Source: Eubacteriales bacterium (GTDB lineage: Bacteria > Bacillota > Clostridia > Oscillospirales > CAG-272). From it: 64,000 nucleotides of DNA. The position numbers and the translations under genes were made by a program. The notes under the pieces were generated by a model. The model made no database searches and was not told the DNA's origin. It saw only the letters and a list, made by a program, of their open reading frames with translations. Below, piece by piece: positions 62,165 through 64,000 of the stretch (its first letter is position 1; every line of letters starts with the position of its first letter). The stretch is from NCBI GenBank assembly GCA_045586845.1, contig JAZNBB010000058.1, forward strand, positions 6,532 through 70,531, read 5' to 3'.

Positions 62165-62190
62165 GTAGGGACCGGCGTCCCCGACGGTCC
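62165..62190. repeat. GTAG-headed palindromic unit (type A)
   Basis: GTAGGGACCG-GCGTCCCCGA-CGGTCC has the same stem as the unit at 13176, with one loop change. Confidence 0.75.
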
Positions 62191-62385
62191 GTAGATACGC
62201 GAACCGTCCATCGCTTGGCTGTTCGCTGCTTGCAGCTTGCCATCGGTAAAAAACGCAAAAAATTATTTTTTTCATCCAAATGTGTTGTCAAACGCAAATT
62301 TTGTCGTTCTTATGGGTGAAGCACATGTGCAGCACCCGAGCCCGCGCAAAAGCGGGCAGGGAATGCTTGGAAAGGAGAAGGACGT

Positions 62386-62976
62386 ATGATCCTTGATCAA
62401 AAAACGTGGGATCGCATCCCCGATGACGGCGAGATTGTAGAGCTTTTGTGCCGTCGGGATGAATTTGCTCTGCGGGCGGTCATGACCAGATACGGTGCAC
62501 TCATGAAAAGCATCGCGGTGCAGATCACGGGCTCGGAGCAGGACGCGGAGGAATGCGTCAACGATGCCGTGTTGGAGCTTTGGAATTCCGTTCCCCCCGC
62601 GAGTCCAAAGCAGCTTTCGGCATTTGTAGGCGGTATCGTCCGAAGACGCGCCATTGACCGCGTGCGCTACAATCAAGCAGAAAAAAGGGCAGGGAGCGAA
62701 TACTGCAGCTCACTTGAGGAGCTGGAGGAGTGCTTGCCCGACAGACAGAGTGAAGCAGAGAGCGATTCGGACGAGATCATGCACGTCATTCGTCTTTTTC
62801 TTGACAAGCAAAAGCCGGACGATCGAGATATGTTTCTGATGCGGTATTTCCGCTTTATGTCCAACGAGCAGATCGCGCAGCAATTCGGCATGCGCGAAGC
62901 AAGCGTTGTTATGCGCTTGGTACGTATGCGGAAGCGATTGCGAAAGGCGCTGGAAGAAAACCACATCCGATTGTAA
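62386..62976 (+). CDS. sigma-70 family RNA polymerase sigma factor (ECF-like), paralogue of 53285-53884
   Basis: Region 2-like YGALMKSIAVQITGSEQDAEECVNDAVLELW and region 4 HTH block NEQIAQQFGMREASVVMRLVRMRKRL. RBS gaaaggag. Confidence 0.75.
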   Translation: MILDQKTWDRIPDDGEIVELLCRRDEFALRAVMTRYGALMKSIAVQITGSEQDAEECVNDAVLELWNSVPPASPKQLSAFVGGIVRRRAIDRVRYNQAEKRAGSEYCSSLEELEECLPDRQSEAESDSDEIMHVIRLFLDKQKPDDRDMFLMRYFRFMSNEQIAQQFGMREASVVMRLVRMRKRLRKALEENHIRL

Positions 62977-63004
62977 GGCACACACTTTGAAAAGGAGGAT
63001 CTAC

Positions 63005-64000
63005 ATGAACAATAAAACAGACAAGATCATAGACGCTATTGGAAAGCTGGACGAGGAGCAGATCGCTGCTTGCATCAAGCCGCGCAGACGTAAAGGATTT
63101 TTGCAATCGGGCAAGACGCGCATCGCACTTGTGCTGGCGGCAGTGTTGCTTTTCACCACGCTTGCATCTGCCCTGATCGTTGCCCCCATGATGCTTGGTG
63201 ACGACAAACCCGGTGAGATTCCCGGTATTCTCCCCGGCACCGAGAGCACAGGAACGCTGCCCGATGATACCGCTGTCAACCCTCCGGTAGACGCTACCGT
63301 GAAATACCCGGGTATCGCGCAGCTGCTCAGCCTTAGTACGATTTCATACTCGGGGTATACCGTATCTGACGAAGGAATTATAAACTTACCCGGCAAGGAT
63401 AGCAATGCATCCTTTACCGAAACCGAGGATTATTTTTCTGCCCCCATTCCGATTATTACGCTCAATTGCGGTGAGAAAAACACCGTTAAGATCAGTTGCG
63501 ACTACGGCGTGGTCGGAAAGGTGGGACGCACAAGGGAGTACGGAGAATATGTTTATCAATACGTGGACGATAATGGCGGCAGATGGGATATCAATTATTC
63601 CTCACATTTTGGAGACAGTGAGCTGACCATCAAGGGCGATGAAAGCTTTTTATGGTTTTATGATGTTGAAACGGGAGTTTATAACAATACCGGCTGTAAC
63701 CGCGACACTTTTATCGATTATACCGTGTACGATCCGGACGGCGAGATCATTGCTGCGGGTAGCATTTACGTTGCGGCGTTCCGTTATATGTTTGCACACG
63801 ACCTGCGTTTGATGACAAGTATCCCTTTTGACCGTGCGCTGTCTAACTTTGAAATCTTTGAACGGCAGGCTGCACAGTATACCGTCCGCAAGCCGATCAA
63901 TCTGTATGCAGAGTCTTTTGTGGATGAAAACGGTTTGATCGATACGGAAAAGCGAGAAGCATTTTTTGATTATCACGAAACGATCAAGTGTGTTCGCAGC
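63005..64000 (+). CDS. anti-sigma-like single-pass membrane protein, 3' end beyond the window (partial)
   Basis: This ORF is not in the supplied track because it has no stop in the window. I translated it by hand from ATG 63005 (RBS aaaggagg), and the frame is open to 64000. The product starts MNNKTDKIIDAIGKLDEEQIAACIKPRRRKGFLQSGKTRIALVLAAVLLFTTLASALIVAP..., matching the N-terminal layout of the 53877 protein. Confidence 0.5.
   Translation, partial: MNNKTDKIIDAIGKLDEEQIAACIKPRRRKGFLQSGKTRIALVLAAVLLFTTLASALIVAPMMLGDDKPGEIPGILPGTESTGTLPDDTAVNPPVDATVKYPGIAQLLSLSTISYSGYTVSDEGIINLPGKDSNASFTETEDYFSAPIPIITLNCGEKNTVKISCDYGVVGKVGRTREYGEYVYQYVDDNGGRWDINYSSHFGDSELTIKGDESFLWFYDVETGVYNNTGCNRDTFIDYTVYDPDGEIIAAGSIYVAAFRYMFAHDLRLMTSIPFDRALSNFEIFERQAAQYTVRKPINLYAESFVDENGLIDTEKREAFFDYHETIKCVRS

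Overview
The window looks like a chromosomal segment from a moderately GC-rich Gram-positive (Bacillota/Clostridia-like) genome. This is judged from gene content: hrcA-grpE-dnaK-dnaJ-prmA, mcsA-mcsB-clpC, rpsF-ssb-rpsR, uvrB/uvrA, glnA, plsX, upp, rpmB and rpmF. I support about 61 protein-coding genes (the last runs off the 3' edge) and two tRNA genes (Leu-CAA on the minus strand, CAU-anticodon Met/Ile2 on the plus strand). I also call one CIRCE operator, several near-consensus sigma-A promoters and multiple rho-independent terminators. I saw no rRNA, CRISPR array, transposase, integrase or phage structural gene. Most long ORFs antisense to these genes are GC-driven artefacts.

The features most worth a second look are:
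1. An operon encoding a TetR regulator, FakA-like DAK2 kinase, PlsX, FakB-like DegV, an uncharacterised double-GNAT acyltransferase and a divergent acyl carrier protein.
2. A family of intergenic palindromes with a conserved GTAG(GG) head. Their stems covary, and they occur singly, as perfect inverted doublets (REPIN-like) and as a dense array.
3. A related array of variable hairpins, each followed by ATATCAC.
4. Decayed copies of each tRNA's own 3' end lying just downstream of both tRNA genes. One set is organised as 144-bp tandem units.
5. Two paralogous sigma-70/ECF-like factors, each followed by a single-pass membrane partner. One partner carries a BspA-type leucine-rich-repeat ectodomain.
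6. Several atypical proteins: a PurL-like protein lacking the catalytic signature, an XRE regulator with an internally duplicated unknown domain plus a coiled coil, an Lnt homologue in a Gram-positive context, and mcsAB-clpC without ctsR.

All functional calls rest on motifs read by eye from the supplied translations. No database search was run.
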